Positions 15,752 through 26,855 are shown, counted from the stretch's first letter. The stretch is 45,705 bases of DNA from Candidatus Omnitrophota bacterium (GCA_043797665.1 JAZDPL010000040.1:1-45705), one strand, 5' to 3'. The notes: generated from the letters alone by a model not told the origin. Numbers and translations: made by a program.

Positions 15752-17524
15752 ATGTTTAATCAGGCAAGAAAAAGGGTTATATTTTGTCTGTTGATACTCA
15801 TTACTGAGAATTCAGGTACAAATGCGATGGAGATAGTAAAAGAGGGCACTGCGAAAGCGGTAATTGTCACCGCTGTGAATCCTACACATATCTCGGATTT
15901 TGCCGCGAAAGAATTACAACTGTATCTAAAAAAGATTACCGGAGCCACAATTGAGATTGTAAAAGAAGGCCATGAAGCTAAGGAATTGCCAGGAGATCTT
16001 AACCGAATATATGTGGGAAAGAGTGAGATTCTCAGGAGTTTAGGCTTGGAGTTTGAAAATTTGAAATCCAATGAAGTTAGAATTAAAACTGGTAAAGGCT
16101 GGGTGGCTCTCTACGGAAAAGATTATGATGGACCTGATAAGGTGGGTTGGCTACACCCCGGCAAAGGCATTCACTCATATAGTGACGAACTAAAAATGAG
16201 CAAATTTGGTGAGAAAGGAACATTATACAGCGTTTACCGGTTCTTAGAAAATTACTGCGGGGTAAGGTGGTTTATGCCCGGAGAATTAGGTGAAGTGGTT
16301 CCGGGAAAAAAGACCTTAATCATAGGAGAAATAGACTATCGTAAATTTCCTGATTTTGAACACCGGTTTTTTTCTGCCTTCACGGCTAATGATGACAGGG
16401 ATGCCATGCTCTGGTACTTCAGGGTCGGCTATGGCTCAGTGGATGTGGTAGAAATCAACCATACAATGTGGAATTTCAAGGATAGGTTTAAGAATACCCA
16501 TCCGGAATATTTTGCTCTTTATGATGGACAGAGAAACTATTCCTATGTTTGTTTGAGCGAACCCGGGGTTTTCACGCAAGTGGTAGAAGATTGTGAAAAT
16601 TACATTCGGGAATGCCCGCACAGCAATATTATTCCGGTGATGCCCAACGACGGATTTGTCAAACCCTGCGAATGCCCGTTGTGTAAACCATTTGATACAC
16701 CAGAACGCGGATTTGGTGGCCGGGTTTCTGATTATGTCTGGGGTTTCGTTAATAGAGTAGCAGAAGAAATAGCCAAAACCCATCCGGATAAACTCATCGG
16801 CTGTTGTGCTTATGGTGGATACCTGTTACCCCCGGAAAAGATTAAAAAATTGAACAAAAATGTTGTAGTTATGTTATGCCGGTGGCCTGTGTACAGTTGG
16901 CTGCCTGATTCCAGCCGTTTCTCCATGGCTATTAACAATGAAACCTTAAAAGGGTGGCAGGAAAAGTGCCGGAATATATATAACTGGATATATTATGATA
17001 TGCGTGCCTGGACCCCGTCTCAAGAATATGTGCCTAATGATTGTCCGCATAACCTGGCATCTGATTTCAAATTCCTTAAGGGAAAAAGCAGAGGCTTTAA
17101 TATAGAAGCCGAAACCGGCCATCCTGATTATCCACCATGGCGTTGGATTCACCTTGGTATGTCCCACCTTAACGCCTATGTTACCGCCAAGTGTCTGTGG
17201 GATGCGGACTTAAATGTTGATGAGTTATTAGCCGACTACTACGAAAAGTTCTATGGTCCCGCCAAGGATATTATGGCGGGATTTTTTGGAAGGATAGAAG
17301 ATATCTGGATGCAGGAAAACTTAGAAGAACCTCTAAATGTAGAAGGGGAGAACAGTTTAGAAAAGAAAGTCTGGGAAGTTCTCTATCCGCCGGAGGTTAT
17401 GGAAGAACTCTTAAGTTACCTGCAAGAAGCCAAGGAACTGACCAGGGATACTATCTACGGAAAGAGGATTGACCTGTTACTTTTTGAATACCAACAGGCT
17501 TATAAGGAAAGTCTAAACCATTAG
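15752..17524 (+). CDS. DUF4838-type protein with GH20/GH67-like N-terminal domain
   Basis: AAKELQLYLKKITGA, GTLYSVYRFLE...GVRWFMPG, HPEYFAL, PNDG...CECPLC. Confidence 0.8.
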   Translation: MFNQARKRVIFCLLILITENSGTNAMEIVKEGTAKAVIVTAVNPTHISDFAAKELQLYLKKITGATIEIVKEGHEAKELPGDLNRIYVGKSEILRSLGLEFENLKSNEVRIKTGKGWVALYGKDYDGPDKVGWLHPGKGIHSYSDELKMSKFGEKGTLYSVYRFLENYCGVRWFMPGELGEVVPGKKTLIIGEIDYRKFPDFEHRFFSAFTANDDRDAMLWYFRVGYGSVDVVEINHTMWNFKDRFKNTHPEYFALYDGQRNYSYVCLSEPGVFTQVVEDCENYIRECPHSNIIPVMPNDGFVKPCECPLCKPFDTPERGFGGRVSDYVWGFVNRVAEEIAKTHPDKLIGCCAYGGYLLPPEKIKKLNKNVVVMLCRWPVYSWLPDSSRFSMAINNETLKGWQEKCRNIYNWIYYDMRAWTPSQEYVPNDCPHNLASDFKFLKGKSRGFNIEAETGHPDYPPWRWIHLGMSHLNAYVTAKCLWDADLNVDELLADYYEKFYGPAKDIMAGFFGRIEDIWMQENLEEPLNVEGENSLEKKVWEVLYPPEVMEELLSYLQEAKELTRDTIYGKRIDLLLFEYQQAYKESLNH

Positions 17525-17538
17525 CGACAGACTCCAAA

Positions 17539-19089
17539 ATGGCCACATCAGGTTTACACTGGCTGGACTGGTTGATAATCGGCGTTTACTGCCTGGTGAT
17601 GATCGGCATAGGAATATTCTTTTCCCGTAAGCAGGAAACGACTGAAGAATACTTCCTGGCCGGTCGTTCTATGAACTGGTTTCCCATCGGCATCTCCCTT
17701 GTTGCCACCCTCATCAGCACCATCAGTTATCTGGCTGTTCCCGGTGAGATGATTAGATATGGACCTGCCTTTCTACTGGGTTATCTACCCGTGCCTTTCG
17801 CCTTTATTATTATCAGTACCATCTTTATTCCTTTTTTTGTGAAATTAAGGATAACCAGCGCCTACGAATACTTGGAAAAGCGCTTCAGCGGTAGCGTGCG
17901 AACCCTGGGCAGTTCCTTATTCATTCTCATCCGCCTGACCTGGATGGGTGTAGTTGTTTATACCGCTTCTCTGGCGGTAGCCAAGATGGCTGGTGCTCCT
18001 CTCGTTCCCACTATTTTTGCCGTTGGTTTTGTCGCCACCGTCTATACCTCCCTGGGAGGTATCCAGGCCGATATCTTTACCGACATCATTCAGTTCTTTA
18101 TCCTCTTTGGCGGTGCTCTCTTTGCGGTATTATATGTTGTCATTCGTCTGGGCGGAGTCTCCGGCTGGTGGGGTATGATTTTACAAGAGGTGCACCTTGA
18201 CTATCCGGTCGTCTCATTTGACCCCACTACCCGGCTTTCAGTTATGGGGTTATTTATATTTGGCTTCTTCTGGCAGATGTGCACTTATGGTTCTGACCAG
18301 ATAGTCCTCCAGAGATATTTGTGTACCCGCAATCTTAAGCAGGCTCGTCTCAGTGTTGCTACCAATTACATCGCTGACTTTTTTTTAACCATGGTCCTGG
18401 CTCTGGTCGGTTTCTCCCTTCTGGTTCTTTATCAACAACATCCTCAATTACTTTCGGCTGACATAGCGGGAGGATTGAAAGACAAGGCTGACCTCATCTT
18501 TCCTCATTTTATCGCTTTTACCATGCCCACCGGACTTACCGGATTTGTAATTGCGGCGCTTCTGGCTGCAGCCATGTCCAGCCTGGATTCCGGTGTTAAT
18601 TCCATCTCCGCGGTGGTCACGGTGGACTTCTATCAGCGCCACTCCCATAAGGTAAGGAATTTTGACCCCTTATCTTTTGCTAAAAAATTCTCTTTTATTA
18701 TCGGTTTGATTGTGACCGTCTGGGCCTGCTTTGTCAACCGGATCGGCGGAAACATCGTGGAAGTAACCAATAAGGCGAACGGCTGTTTGGTTGGTCCCTT
18801 ATTCGGAATATTTGCCTTAGGAATCCTTATCAAGAGAGCCAATTCTTTTGGTGTTGTTAGTGGCGGGCTTTTAGGTATCATAACCGGTGTCCTGGTTACT
18901 TACTCGGGGCCATTCTTTAACCGAGCCATATCTTTTATGTGGATTATTCCCTTTTCCTCCATCGTTACTTTCCTTGTGGGCTGGCTCCTTAGTTTCTTTA
19001 AACTTCCGCCATCTCAGGCGCAAATTGCCGGACTTACCTATGAAAATAACCGGAAGAATCCAAGCAAAAATATGGGAGGAATTACGTGA
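17539..19089 (+). CDS. Sodium:solute symporter (SSS; SiaT/NIS-like)
   Basis: EEYFLAGRSM, SAYEYLEKRF, DQIVLQRY, AAAMSSLDS; many transmembrane segments. Confidence 0.92.
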   Translation: MATSGLHWLDWLIIGVYCLVMIGIGIFFSRKQETTEEYFLAGRSMNWFPIGISLVATLISTISYLAVPGEMIRYGPAFLLGYLPVPFAFIIISTIFIPFFVKLRITSAYEYLEKRFSGSVRTLGSSLFILIRLTWMGVVVYTASLAVAKMAGAPLVPTIFAVGFVATVYTSLGGIQADIFTDIIQFFILFGGALFAVLYVVIRLGGVSGWWGMILQEVHLDYPVVSFDPTTRLSVMGLFIFGFFWQMCTYGSDQIVLQRYLCTRNLKQARLSVATNYIADFFLTMVLALVGFSLLVLYQQHPQLLSADIAGGLKDKADLIFPHFIAFTMPTGLTGFVIAALLAAAMSSLDSGVNSISAVVTVDFYQRHSHKVRNFDPLSFAKKFSFIIGLIVTVWACFVNRIGGNIVEVTNKANGCLVGPLFGIFALGILIKRANSFGVVSGGLLGIITGVLVTYSGPFFNRAISFMWIIPFSSIVTFLVGWLLSFFKLPPSQAQIAGLTYENNRKNPSKNMGGIT

Positions 19090-20222
19090 CATCCAAAGAG
19101 AGGTTTTTAACCGCGTTAAGGGGGGGGAAACCCAACCATATCCCGGCATCTCCTGATACTTCAAATATGCTTCCTTGCAAACTTACCGGCAAGCCTTTCT
19201 GGGATATCTATCTTTACAAAAATCCTCCCTTGCATCAGGCATATTTAGAGGTATTGAAGAAATACGGTTTTGATGGCGGTTGGGAAGCCGGCCCTGGTTT
19301 GAAAGAGGGTAACGATGGTAAGGTGGAAATTAAACAGGAGATTCTTGAGAAGACTGAAGAAAAAATCGTTGTTTGTGACCACGCTGATACTCCCGGGGGC
19401 CAGTTATGGCAGGAAGTAGTTTACCAGCGGGACAACCCACCTACACCCACCAGAAAATATATAAAAGACGTCCAGAAGGACTTTCCCTTATATTTGAAGT
19501 ATTTCTATTTTAACCCTGATTTATATGATGACCAGGAGTTTCAGCAGTGGAAAAAAGAGTTGGGAGATTTGGGTGTTAGTCGCTTATGCGTATCTCTTCC
19601 AGGGCTTCATCATTTAGTGCATTTTTTTGATGGAGGAGCAGAACAACTTATTTACGCATATTATGACTATCCCAAATTATTCCGGGAGTTTAGGGATATT
19701 CACCACGACTGGGCGATAAAGATGACCAGACGGATAATTCAGGCAAAACCGGATATTATCCTTACCGGTGGTTCTGGAACCTTGGTCTTTCAGACCCCAA
19801 AGATATTTCGGGAACTTGGTTTGCCAACCTTAAAAGAGATTACCCTGATGGCCAAAGAGGCTAATATTCCCACCTTAATCCACTCCTGCGGTAGAGAAAA
19901 GGAACTGGTGAAGATATGTGCGGAAGAAACAGACCTATCCGGAATAAATCCTTTAGAGGTACCGCCGATGGGTGACTGCACTCTAAAAGAGTTAAAGGAG
20001 AAATATGGTGATAAATTATGCCTGATGGGTAATTTGCACACTACCGATGTAATGTTAAGGGGAACCCCCAAAGACGTAGAGTGCGAGGCCAAAAGAGCGA
20101 TAGATGATGCCGGTGCAAATGGTGGATTTATCTTATCTACCGGGGACCAGTGTCCCAGGGATACCCCAGAAGAGAACCTCTATAAATTTATAGAGGTGGC
20201 AAAGACCTATGGTAAATATTGA
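19086..20222 (+). CDS. Uroporphyrinogen decarboxylase / MtaA-CmuA family protein
   Basis: MTSKERFL, IHSCG, LMGNL, STGDQCPRDTPEEN. Confidence 0.85.
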   Translation: MTSKERFLTALRGGKPNHIPASPDTSNMLPCKLTGKPFWDIYLYKNPPLHQAYLEVLKKYGFDGGWEAGPGLKEGNDGKVEIKQEILEKTEEKIVVCDHADTPGGQLWQEVVYQRDNPPTPTRKYIKDVQKDFPLYLKYFYFNPDLYDDQEFQQWKKELGDLGVSRLCVSLPGLHHLVHFFDGGAEQLIYAYYDYPKLFREFRDIHHDWAIKMTRRIIQAKPDIILTGGSGTLVFQTPKIFRELGLPTLKEITLMAKEANIPTLIHSCGREKELVKICAEETDLSGINPLEVPPMGDCTLKELKEKYGDKLCLMGNLHTTDVMLRGTPKDVECEAKRAIDDAGANGGFILSTGDQCPRDTPEENLYKFIEVAKTYGKY

Positions 20223-20239
20223 GGGAAAAAGGAGGCATT

Positions 20240-21919
20240 ATGCATGTGAAAAGGGGTGGATGGGTGGCATTGCTGGTGATGGTATTTTTGGTGAACTGTC
20301 TCAAGATTCATGCTGATATTTCTGGTTCTACAGCCAATTACGGGGGGCTCGGTCCGAATCTGGCCGCCGCCTCGTCCGGGGCAAAAATAGAGGCTGTCAG
20401 TTCGGAATACAGTATTTCTTACAACAAAGAAAAAGCCATAGATGGCAACAGGAACTATGAACATAACTGGACAAGCAAGGGAGAGGGAAATAAAGCCTGG
20501 ATTAAAATCAGTCTGGCATCTCCTGCCAAACTAACTGTTATCGGTTATAAATCCATTGGTTTTGACCCGGGCGGAAAGCCGTGGATATCTGACCGGGTTC
20601 ATAAGTTTAAAATTACTTTCAGTGATGGTAGTTCACAACTCTGTATTGTTAATCCGAACACTCTGGATGATTTTCAGTATTATGACATTGAAGATGTGAC
20701 CACCTCATTTATAAAATGGGAAGTGATTGAGAGTGGTGGTGGTAACACGGGTGCTTATGAAATTGAGGCGTATTCTTCTATCATCAACCCCCAAAAAACT
20801 GAAAAGATGCTTGAAATCGGGTATAGACGAGGACCCGACTTGCCGCAGGGCTTTCAGGATAGTGCCGGTGGTTTCCTTGGGAACAGATTAATCACTGCGT
20901 GTGGATTTTGCGGAGGTAAAGACAAAGGTACACGCCCGGAACGCTACCCGCGGGGTTTCTTAAAAAAGGTGTGGGCATTGGATTTGGCCAAAAAGGATAG
21001 TGGGTGGATTTCACTTCCGGACTTCCCGGGAGTGGAACGCCAAGGACTCTTCTGTGCCGTTGTAAATAATTCCATTTACTACTGGGGAGGTTTTAGTTAC
21101 ACGGAACCATGTTGCTACGACGACGGCTACCGTCTCTCTTACCAGAACGAGGAATGGGTCTGGGAACCCTTACCTTCTCTACCCTGGCGTCTCACTTTTA
21201 GTGGAACCTGTGCCATCGGCACTAAAATTTATGTTTTCGGGGGGCACGATTATGACAATAAGGAAGAGGGCGGAAACCACACATTAACTGACCGAACCGG
21301 AAAGATTAAGCGTATGGGTGCCCGATTTTTAATGTTAGACACTGATAACCTGGAAGCGGGTTGGCAGCATCTTGCCGAATGTCCGGGGACGCCACGGGGC
21401 GCGCCAGCCATGGCCGCCGTAGCAGGAAAAATCTATGTACTCGCAGGTACCAGCAGACCATCGGATATCAACATCGCCTGCAGTGTGGTGGACAACTGGA
21501 TGTATGACCCGGACACAAACAAATGGTCACCGCTCCCCGATATGCCGGTTTCCAGCGGTGGTTTTCCTTCCGGAAACATCGTCTTCAAAAACAGGTATAT
21601 CCTTTTAATAGGCGGATACCCGTATGACAAAATCTTAAATCCGGACGGGACCCTTCGTGATAAATATGGAACAGCATCCACATCTATAGAGAATCCTAGC
21701 TCGTACTATAATAACGTTTTTGTTTATGACACGCAGACCAACCGGTTCGGCACCGCCGACAGTTTACCGTTGAATAATTTTTTTCCTATGGCCGTGGTTC
21801 GTGGGGATGAAATCTTCTTGATTGGCGGTGAAACAGGCGGCGGGAAGATTGATGGTGTGTATTATGCACACCACCCCGACCTTCTTCTCATCGGCAAAAT
21901 AAACGAACTCAAATGGTAA
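20240..21919 (+). CDS. Secreted discoidin (F5/8-like) plus Kelch-repeat protein (NanM mutarotase-like propeller)
   Basis: Signal peptide, KAIDGN...W domain, repeated IY.FGG/W..LP Kelch units; ATG 20240 follows GGAGG. Confidence 0.75.
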   Translation: MHVKRGGWVALLVMVFLVNCLKIHADISGSTANYGGLGPNLAAASSGAKIEAVSSEYSISYNKEKAIDGNRNYEHNWTSKGEGNKAWIKISLASPAKLTVIGYKSIGFDPGGKPWISDRVHKFKITFSDGSSQLCIVNPNTLDDFQYYDIEDVTTSFIKWEVIESGGGNTGAYEIEAYSSIINPQKTEKMLEIGYRRGPDLPQGFQDSAGGFLGNRLITACGFCGGKDKGTRPERYPRGFLKKVWALDLAKKDSGWISLPDFPGVERQGLFCAVVNNSIYYWGGFSYTEPCCYDDGYRLSYQNEEWVWEPLPSLPWRLTFSGTCAIGTKIYVFGGHDYDNKEEGGNHTLTDRTGKIKRMGARFLMLDTDNLEAGWQHLAECPGTPRGAPAMAAVAGKIYVLAGTSRPSDINIACSVVDNWMYDPDTNKWSPLPDMPVSSGGFPSGNIVFKNRYILLIGGYPYDKILNPDGTLRDKYGTASTSIENPSSYYNNVFVYDTQTNRFGTADSLPLNNFFPMAVVRGDEIFLIGGETGGGKIDGVYYAHHPDLLLIGKINELKW

Positions 21920-23424
21920 TAAAAAATAAAAAAACAGGCGGTGAAGAAGTAATCTGGCGAGTAAAAAAGGGTGAAATCCAACCATTCCTTGACTGGAACA
22001 ATATTTCCCCTGGTGGGGTGATTTTCAAGAAAAGAGGGGAAAGTTATTTCCCTGAAACTCATGGGATTCCTGTTGGGATTCAGTTCGTTTCTCAAGAAGC
22101 GATGAAATCCGGATTTTGGCTGAAAGCCGACCGGCCATGGGAAGAACTTGCTTTAGGTGGATATACTACGGTAATTTATGAAAACGGGAAATATCGTTTA
22201 TGGTATGAATCTTGTGCCCGGGACCAAAAGTCGGACTTTGATTCCAAGTTGTGTTATGCCGAGTCAAACGACGGTTATAACTGGAATAAGCCCGACTTAA
22301 ATTTGATAGAATTCCGCGGCAGGAAAAAGAATAATATCGTATACGATAAAACCGTAAAAGGCGGTTATGGTTATCATGGTGGAACCGTCTTTGTAGACCC
22401 GGTTGCATCACCTGCAGAAAGGTATAAAATTATGTATCTGGGAGGCCATTATCCTGAAAAATTCGGACCGGACTGGCTGGAAACAATTCATATGCGCGGC
22501 GCTGTGTCTTCCGATGGGATTCACTGGAGACCATTAAAGAATAACCTTTTGGACAATTACTGCAGTGATACTCAAACAACGACCTACTATAATACGAAAA
22601 GCAATTCCTACGTGGCATATCTCCGCGGGGGGAGTGATTACTACGGCAGGCGGCGCGCGATAATGCGGTCAGAAACCATTGATTTTCAAAAGTGGCCCCG
22701 GCCGGAGTGTGTTTTGTCTCTTGGTGCGAATTACCATCCTTCACACGACCTTTACACCAATGCCCATGTTATTTATCCGGGAAGAGATGATCTGCATTTG
22801 ATGTTCCCGGCCCAGTATAACCGGGAAATAGATACGCTTGAAGTTTATCTGGCCACAAGCAGTGACGGAATCAGGTGGGAATATTTCGGAGAAAACCCCG
22901 TTATTCCCCTCAGCAAAGGCGAGGGTTCTATTTATGCCGGCTGCGGAGTAGTTCCTTTAAAAGAAAATGAAGCAGCCGTTCCTTACTGTGTCTATCCATT
23001 TACTCATAACTTCCCGGTTTCCCTTTATACTTCAGGAGCTCCATCGTCAAACCCTATTGAAGCGCAAAAAGGTTACGCCGGAAGGTATGGCTGGGCAATC
23101 TGGAAGAGGGATAGATTCGTGGCAGTTGAAGCGAAGACGAAGGGAGAATTCTTCCTTTTTCCGATGTTAATCCCACAAAATGGTTCCTTACTGCTAAATG
23201 CACGTGTGGAAAAATGGGGAGGTATGGGAATCCAGATAGAAGATACGGAAGGCCGGCCGATTAAAAATTATCGTTTTTCTGAATGCGACCCAATTAGCGG
23301 TGATTTTTTTGACAAACCCGTGACCTGGAAAGGGAAACGCGTTATGCCGGCGGCAATAAACAAAGAATTACGTATTCACGTCAAGCTCCAATCTGCAAAA
23401 ATATATGCTTTCAAAATTGCCTAA
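21913..23424 (+). CDS. Putative five-bladed beta-propeller glycoside hydrolase-like protein
   Basis: YAESNDGYNW, SSDGIHW, SSDGIRW repeats, SDTQ; C-terminal beta-sandwich. Confidence 0.65.
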   Translation: MVIKNKKTGGEEVIWRVKKGEIQPFLDWNNISPGGVIFKKRGESYFPETHGIPVGIQFVSQEAMKSGFWLKADRPWEELALGGYTTVIYENGKYRLWYESCARDQKSDFDSKLCYAESNDGYNWNKPDLNLIEFRGRKKNNIVYDKTVKGGYGYHGGTVFVDPVASPAERYKIMYLGGHYPEKFGPDWLETIHMRGAVSSDGIHWRPLKNNLLDNYCSDTQTTTYYNTKSNSYVAYLRGGSDYYGRRRAIMRSETIDFQKWPRPECVLSLGANYHPSHDLYTNAHVIYPGRDDLHLMFPAQYNREIDTLEVYLATSSDGIRWEYFGENPVIPLSKGEGSIYAGCGVVPLKENEAAVPYCVYPFTHNFPVSLYTSGAPSSNPIEAQKGYAGRYGWAIWKRDRFVAVEAKTKGEFFLFPMLIPQNGSLLLNARVEKWGGMGIQIEDTEGRPIKNYRFSECDPISGDFFDKPVTWKGKRVMPAAINKELRIHVKLQSAKIYAFKIA

Positions 23425-25573
23425 AGAGAAGTATTTTTATTATGGGGTGGCGTATTTTCGTCCGCCTAATCCTCCAAGGCAACAGCATCGTTTTCACCTG
23501 ACCAAGATTAAACGGGAACTAAAATTCTACTTGATCAGAATCCGCATGCAATGGAATGCAATCCATCAGCAAAAAAACCGGTTTGTCTGGGACGAATACG
23601 ACGAGATATTTAACATCTGTGAAGAACTTGGACTGCGGGTATTGCTGGAAACAAATATTGAAAACGCCCCTTATTGGTTGGAGCGAGCCCATCCGGAAAG
23701 CCGTTATGTAAGCGCCAACGGCCAGGTCCTGGAGCTAGGTCCCTATGATTCTACTCAGTTCGGAGGTTATCCCGGTTTGTGTTTTCATCACGGAATTGTT
23801 ATTGAAGAATCTAAACGTTATCTGACCGAACTGGCCAACCATTTCAAAGACCGGCCAGGTTTAATGGGATATGATTGCTGGAATGAGCCGCACCTGGAGC
23901 CTGCCTGGGTCTGCAATTATTGGGCCAACATGGGAGACAGGCTTTTCTGCTATTGCGAAGAGAGCCGCCGTGCTTTCCGGCGCTGGCTCGCCGGGAAGTA
24001 TCGGGATATAGAGACGTTAAACACCGCCTGGGGGCGAGCCTACGGTGAATGGGACGACATAAATCCACCCAACCGTCATGGCTGCTACGCTGACTGGCTG
24101 GACTGGGGTCGTTTTTGGTTTGACCAACTCAGCTGGCATATGCAATGGCGTTATGAAACACTTAAGGCTGCCGACCGGCAGCATTTCGTAATGAGCCATT
24201 CTGGTGCGGTGCCTCCTTTTCTGGGGCGGCCCAATGCTTTCATCCACAACTGGTCTCTGGCCAAACCTGTGGACATGTGGGGTACCAGTTTTGCTCCTAA
24301 GGCTCATAATTGGGACCTGGCAACCTGTGCGGGTGTCATGGATGCTACGCGTAGTGCAGCCCGGGGAAAACCTTTCTGGATCAGCGAGATGAGCGGTGGG
24401 AGTTGTTATATACGTGGTTTTGCCAAAACCCCTCTGACAACAGCGAACGATTACCGCTCCTGGAATTGGATGGCTGCATTTTACGGAGCCAAAGCGACGA
24501 TACATTGGTGCTACCTGGAAGAGAGTACCGGTCCGGAGGCCGGAAATTTTGGTCTAATCCGCGCCAATGGTCAGACCACTGAACGTGCTCGCGCGGCCTC
24601 AAAAACTGCGGAGTTACTTCGTAAATATAGCCACATCCTGAAAGATTGGCAGCCTGTCCCCCATATTGGTATCCTCTATGACCCCGATAACTCAATGCAA
24701 TTGTTTGCCATGGAGGGTAATGATGATTTGTATGTGCAATCGCACATCGGTTATTACCGGGCCGTATGGCAGGCAGATCTTTACGCCCGGTATGTGACTT
24801 ACGATTCTCTTGACGATTTAAAAGGACTGAAAGTTTTGATTGTGCCGATGTGCCTGACGCTGCCGGAACGTGTGGCCGCGTCCATTGCCGGGTTTGTTAA
24901 CTCGGGCGGTGTTCTGCTCGCCGATACCAGAATGGGATTACTTGATGAACGCGGCTATATCCGACCCACTCTACCTGCCGGTGGTTTGACCGAGGTCGTC
25001 GGTGCAGTGGAACAGGAATCTCTTTGCAGCGACCCGGAAAATAGACCTTCCCTGAACAATCCCGATAATGAATCCTGGCCTGAACCGATTTACAATGGAC
25101 CCGAAATTGATTTCGTTGTTCCGGTGCGTGTCAGCGTTCGGGCGCACGGTTACCTGACTCCGTTAACGATTACCACCGGAGGGCAATCCATCGCAGAGTG
25201 TCTGGGGCATTGCGTTGGAGTGATGAAACGATACGGCAAGGGTTGCTCATACTACTTCGGTACTTATCTCGGTCTTTCTGTTTTTCATAAACAAGCGGGT
25301 GCCGGTAAACTTATTGCCCATATTCTTTCCGAGAATGTACAACCAAAGGTTAGAGGGGGAAATCTCAGACCCCGCTTGATAGAAAAAGGGGAAGATGGCC
25401 TCTTGGCCATATTTAATGATAGCCGGGTTGATACTTACACCGAATCAATTGCTGTACCCGTTAAGTATAAAAAGGCTGTTGACATCTATACCGACAAAAA
25501 GATGCTATTCCAGAATGCTCACGTGAAAGTCAAAGTGCCTCCCGATGATGCTGTTGTCCTTCACTTATGGTAA
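23405..25573 (+). CDS. GH42-like beta-galactosidase
   Basis: WNEP, CYCEES...FRRWL..KY..IETLNTAWG, FWISE, trimerisation domain. Confidence 0.85.
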   Translation: MLSKLPKEKYFYYGVAYFRPPNPPRQQHRFHLTKIKRELKFYLIRIRMQWNAIHQQKNRFVWDEYDEIFNICEELGLRVLLETNIENAPYWLERAHPESRYVSANGQVLELGPYDSTQFGGYPGLCFHHGIVIEESKRYLTELANHFKDRPGLMGYDCWNEPHLEPAWVCNYWANMGDRLFCYCEESRRAFRRWLAGKYRDIETLNTAWGRAYGEWDDINPPNRHGCYADWLDWGRFWFDQLSWHMQWRYETLKAADRQHFVMSHSGAVPPFLGRPNAFIHNWSLAKPVDMWGTSFAPKAHNWDLATCAGVMDATRSAARGKPFWISEMSGGSCYIRGFAKTPLTTANDYRSWNWMAAFYGAKATIHWCYLEESTGPEAGNFGLIRANGQTTERARAASKTAELLRKYSHILKDWQPVPHIGILYDPDNSMQLFAMEGNDDLYVQSHIGYYRAVWQADLYARYVTYDSLDDLKGLKVLIVPMCLTLPERVAASIAGFVNSGGVLLADTRMGLLDERGYIRPTLPAGGLTEVVGAVEQESLCSDPENRPSLNNPDNESWPEPIYNGPEIDFVVPVRVSVRAHGYLTPLTITTGGQSIAECLGHCVGVMKRYGKGCSYYFGTYLGLSVFHKQAGAGKLIAHILSENVQPKVRGGNLRPRLIEKGEDGLLAIFNDSRVDTYTESIAVPVKYKKAVDIYTDKKMLFQNAHVKVKVPPDDAVVLHLW

Positions 25574-25585
25574 ACTATTCACGTT

Positions 25586-26836
25586 ATGAATGATTACCAT
25601 ACGAAAGGTGAATTGAAATACAGGAAAAGGTGGATAGTCCCGGCGCTGTTATCGGCTACCAAAGAACATCCGGTTGTGGTTTTGACCGGAGCCCGGCAGG
25701 TAGGGAAGAGTACTATTCTGTTGGAAGACCCTGCTTTTCAAGACTGGAAGTATTTTACCCTGGATGATTTCAATCTTCTATCTATGGCTCATCAGGAACC
25801 GGAGGCGATTTGGCAAAATCAAAAGAAGGTAATTATTGATGAAGTACAAAAGGAACCGCGTCTCCTTTCTACCATAAAACAAGCTGTGGATAGGGACCGG
25901 ACCGTCAGATTTATTCTGTCCGGTTCAGCCAACCTGCTCTTAATGGAAAAATCTTCGGAGAGTTTGAGTGGAAGAGCCGTCTATTTTAATTTACTTCCCA
26001 TGTCTTTGGCGGAAATTGAAGGTCGCCCCTGCCCGAATATTTTAAGTGATTTATTGGCCGGGAAGTTTCCTTCGGTCGGAAAGGCAACTAAGCCGGTCCC
26101 CAAACCTTGTCATTTGATGGTTGAAGGATTTATGCCGCCAATCCTGACTATAAAAACTTCCCAGGGCCAACTTCGCTGGTGGGAAGGTTATATCGCCACG
26201 TACTTAGAGCGTGATTTAAGACAACTTTCCCGGGTGGAATCTCTCACCGATTACCGCCGCGTAATGGAGGCAATTGCCCTGCGCAGTGGTCAGTTGCTTA
26301 ACCAAACCGAGGTATCCCGGGATGTAGGGGTGACGCAGACCAGGGTATACCGGTACCTTAATCTTTTGGAGGTAACCTGCCTTTTGAAAAAAGTGCCGGC
26401 GTTTCACCTGAATCGTACCAGCCGGCTTATTAAACATCCCAAATATTATTTTATTGACCCGGCTCTTGCTTCATACTTAGCCGGCTATTTTACCCCGGAG
26501 GACTTACGGGCCGCCAGGGAATTGGGAGGTATCTTTGAAGCGTTGGTTCTTTTGCATCTTACCATTTTAAGTGAGCTTTTGTTGCCCGCGGGCCGTATTT
26601 TTTACTGGCGGACTGTGGCGGGCCAGGAAGTAGATTTTATTTTGGAACAAGGGAAAAGTTTAATCGCCTTTGAAGTAAAATATTCCGATACTCCAAGATA
26701 CGATGATACCAAAGGTCTCCGGGCCTTTGTGAAAGAATTTCCGGAAGCGACTGCAGGTGTTCTTGTCCACACCGGTGAAGAAGTAAAATTCTTAGGGGAA
26801 AAAATTATCGCTCTTCCCTGGAGTTTTTTGGGTTAG
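25586..26836 (+). CDS. AAA ATPase with DUF4143 domain
   Basis: GARQVGKST, IIDEVQ, SGS, PKYYFID, YWRT...EVDF...FEVK. Confidence 0.92.
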   Translation: MNDYHTKGELKYRKRWIVPALLSATKEHPVVVLTGARQVGKSTILLEDPAFQDWKYFTLDDFNLLSMAHQEPEAIWQNQKKVIIDEVQKEPRLLSTIKQAVDRDRTVRFILSGSANLLLMEKSSESLSGRAVYFNLLPMSLAEIEGRPCPNILSDLLAGKFPSVGKATKPVPKPCHLMVEGFMPPILTIKTSQGQLRWWEGYIATYLERDLRQLSRVESLTDYRRVMEAIALRSGQLLNQTEVSRDVGVTQTRVYRYLNLLEVTCLLKKVPAFHLNRTSRLIKHPKYYFIDPALASYLAGYFTPEDLRAARELGGIFEALVLLHLTILSELLLPAGRIFYWRTVAGQEVDFILEQGKSLIAFEVKYSDTPRYDDTKGLRAFVKEFPEATAGVLVHTGEEVKFLGEKIIALPWSFLG

Positions 26837-26855
26837 GCTCTTATCCGATAACGCC

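Noticed and set aside
11097..20222. Haem biosynthesis genes (hemE for the two UroD-family ORFs; hemL for 30479)
   Set aside because: Only family-level similarity; the HSCG metal motif and sugar-catabolic context argue against tetrapyrrole synthesis, so no gene symbols were assigned
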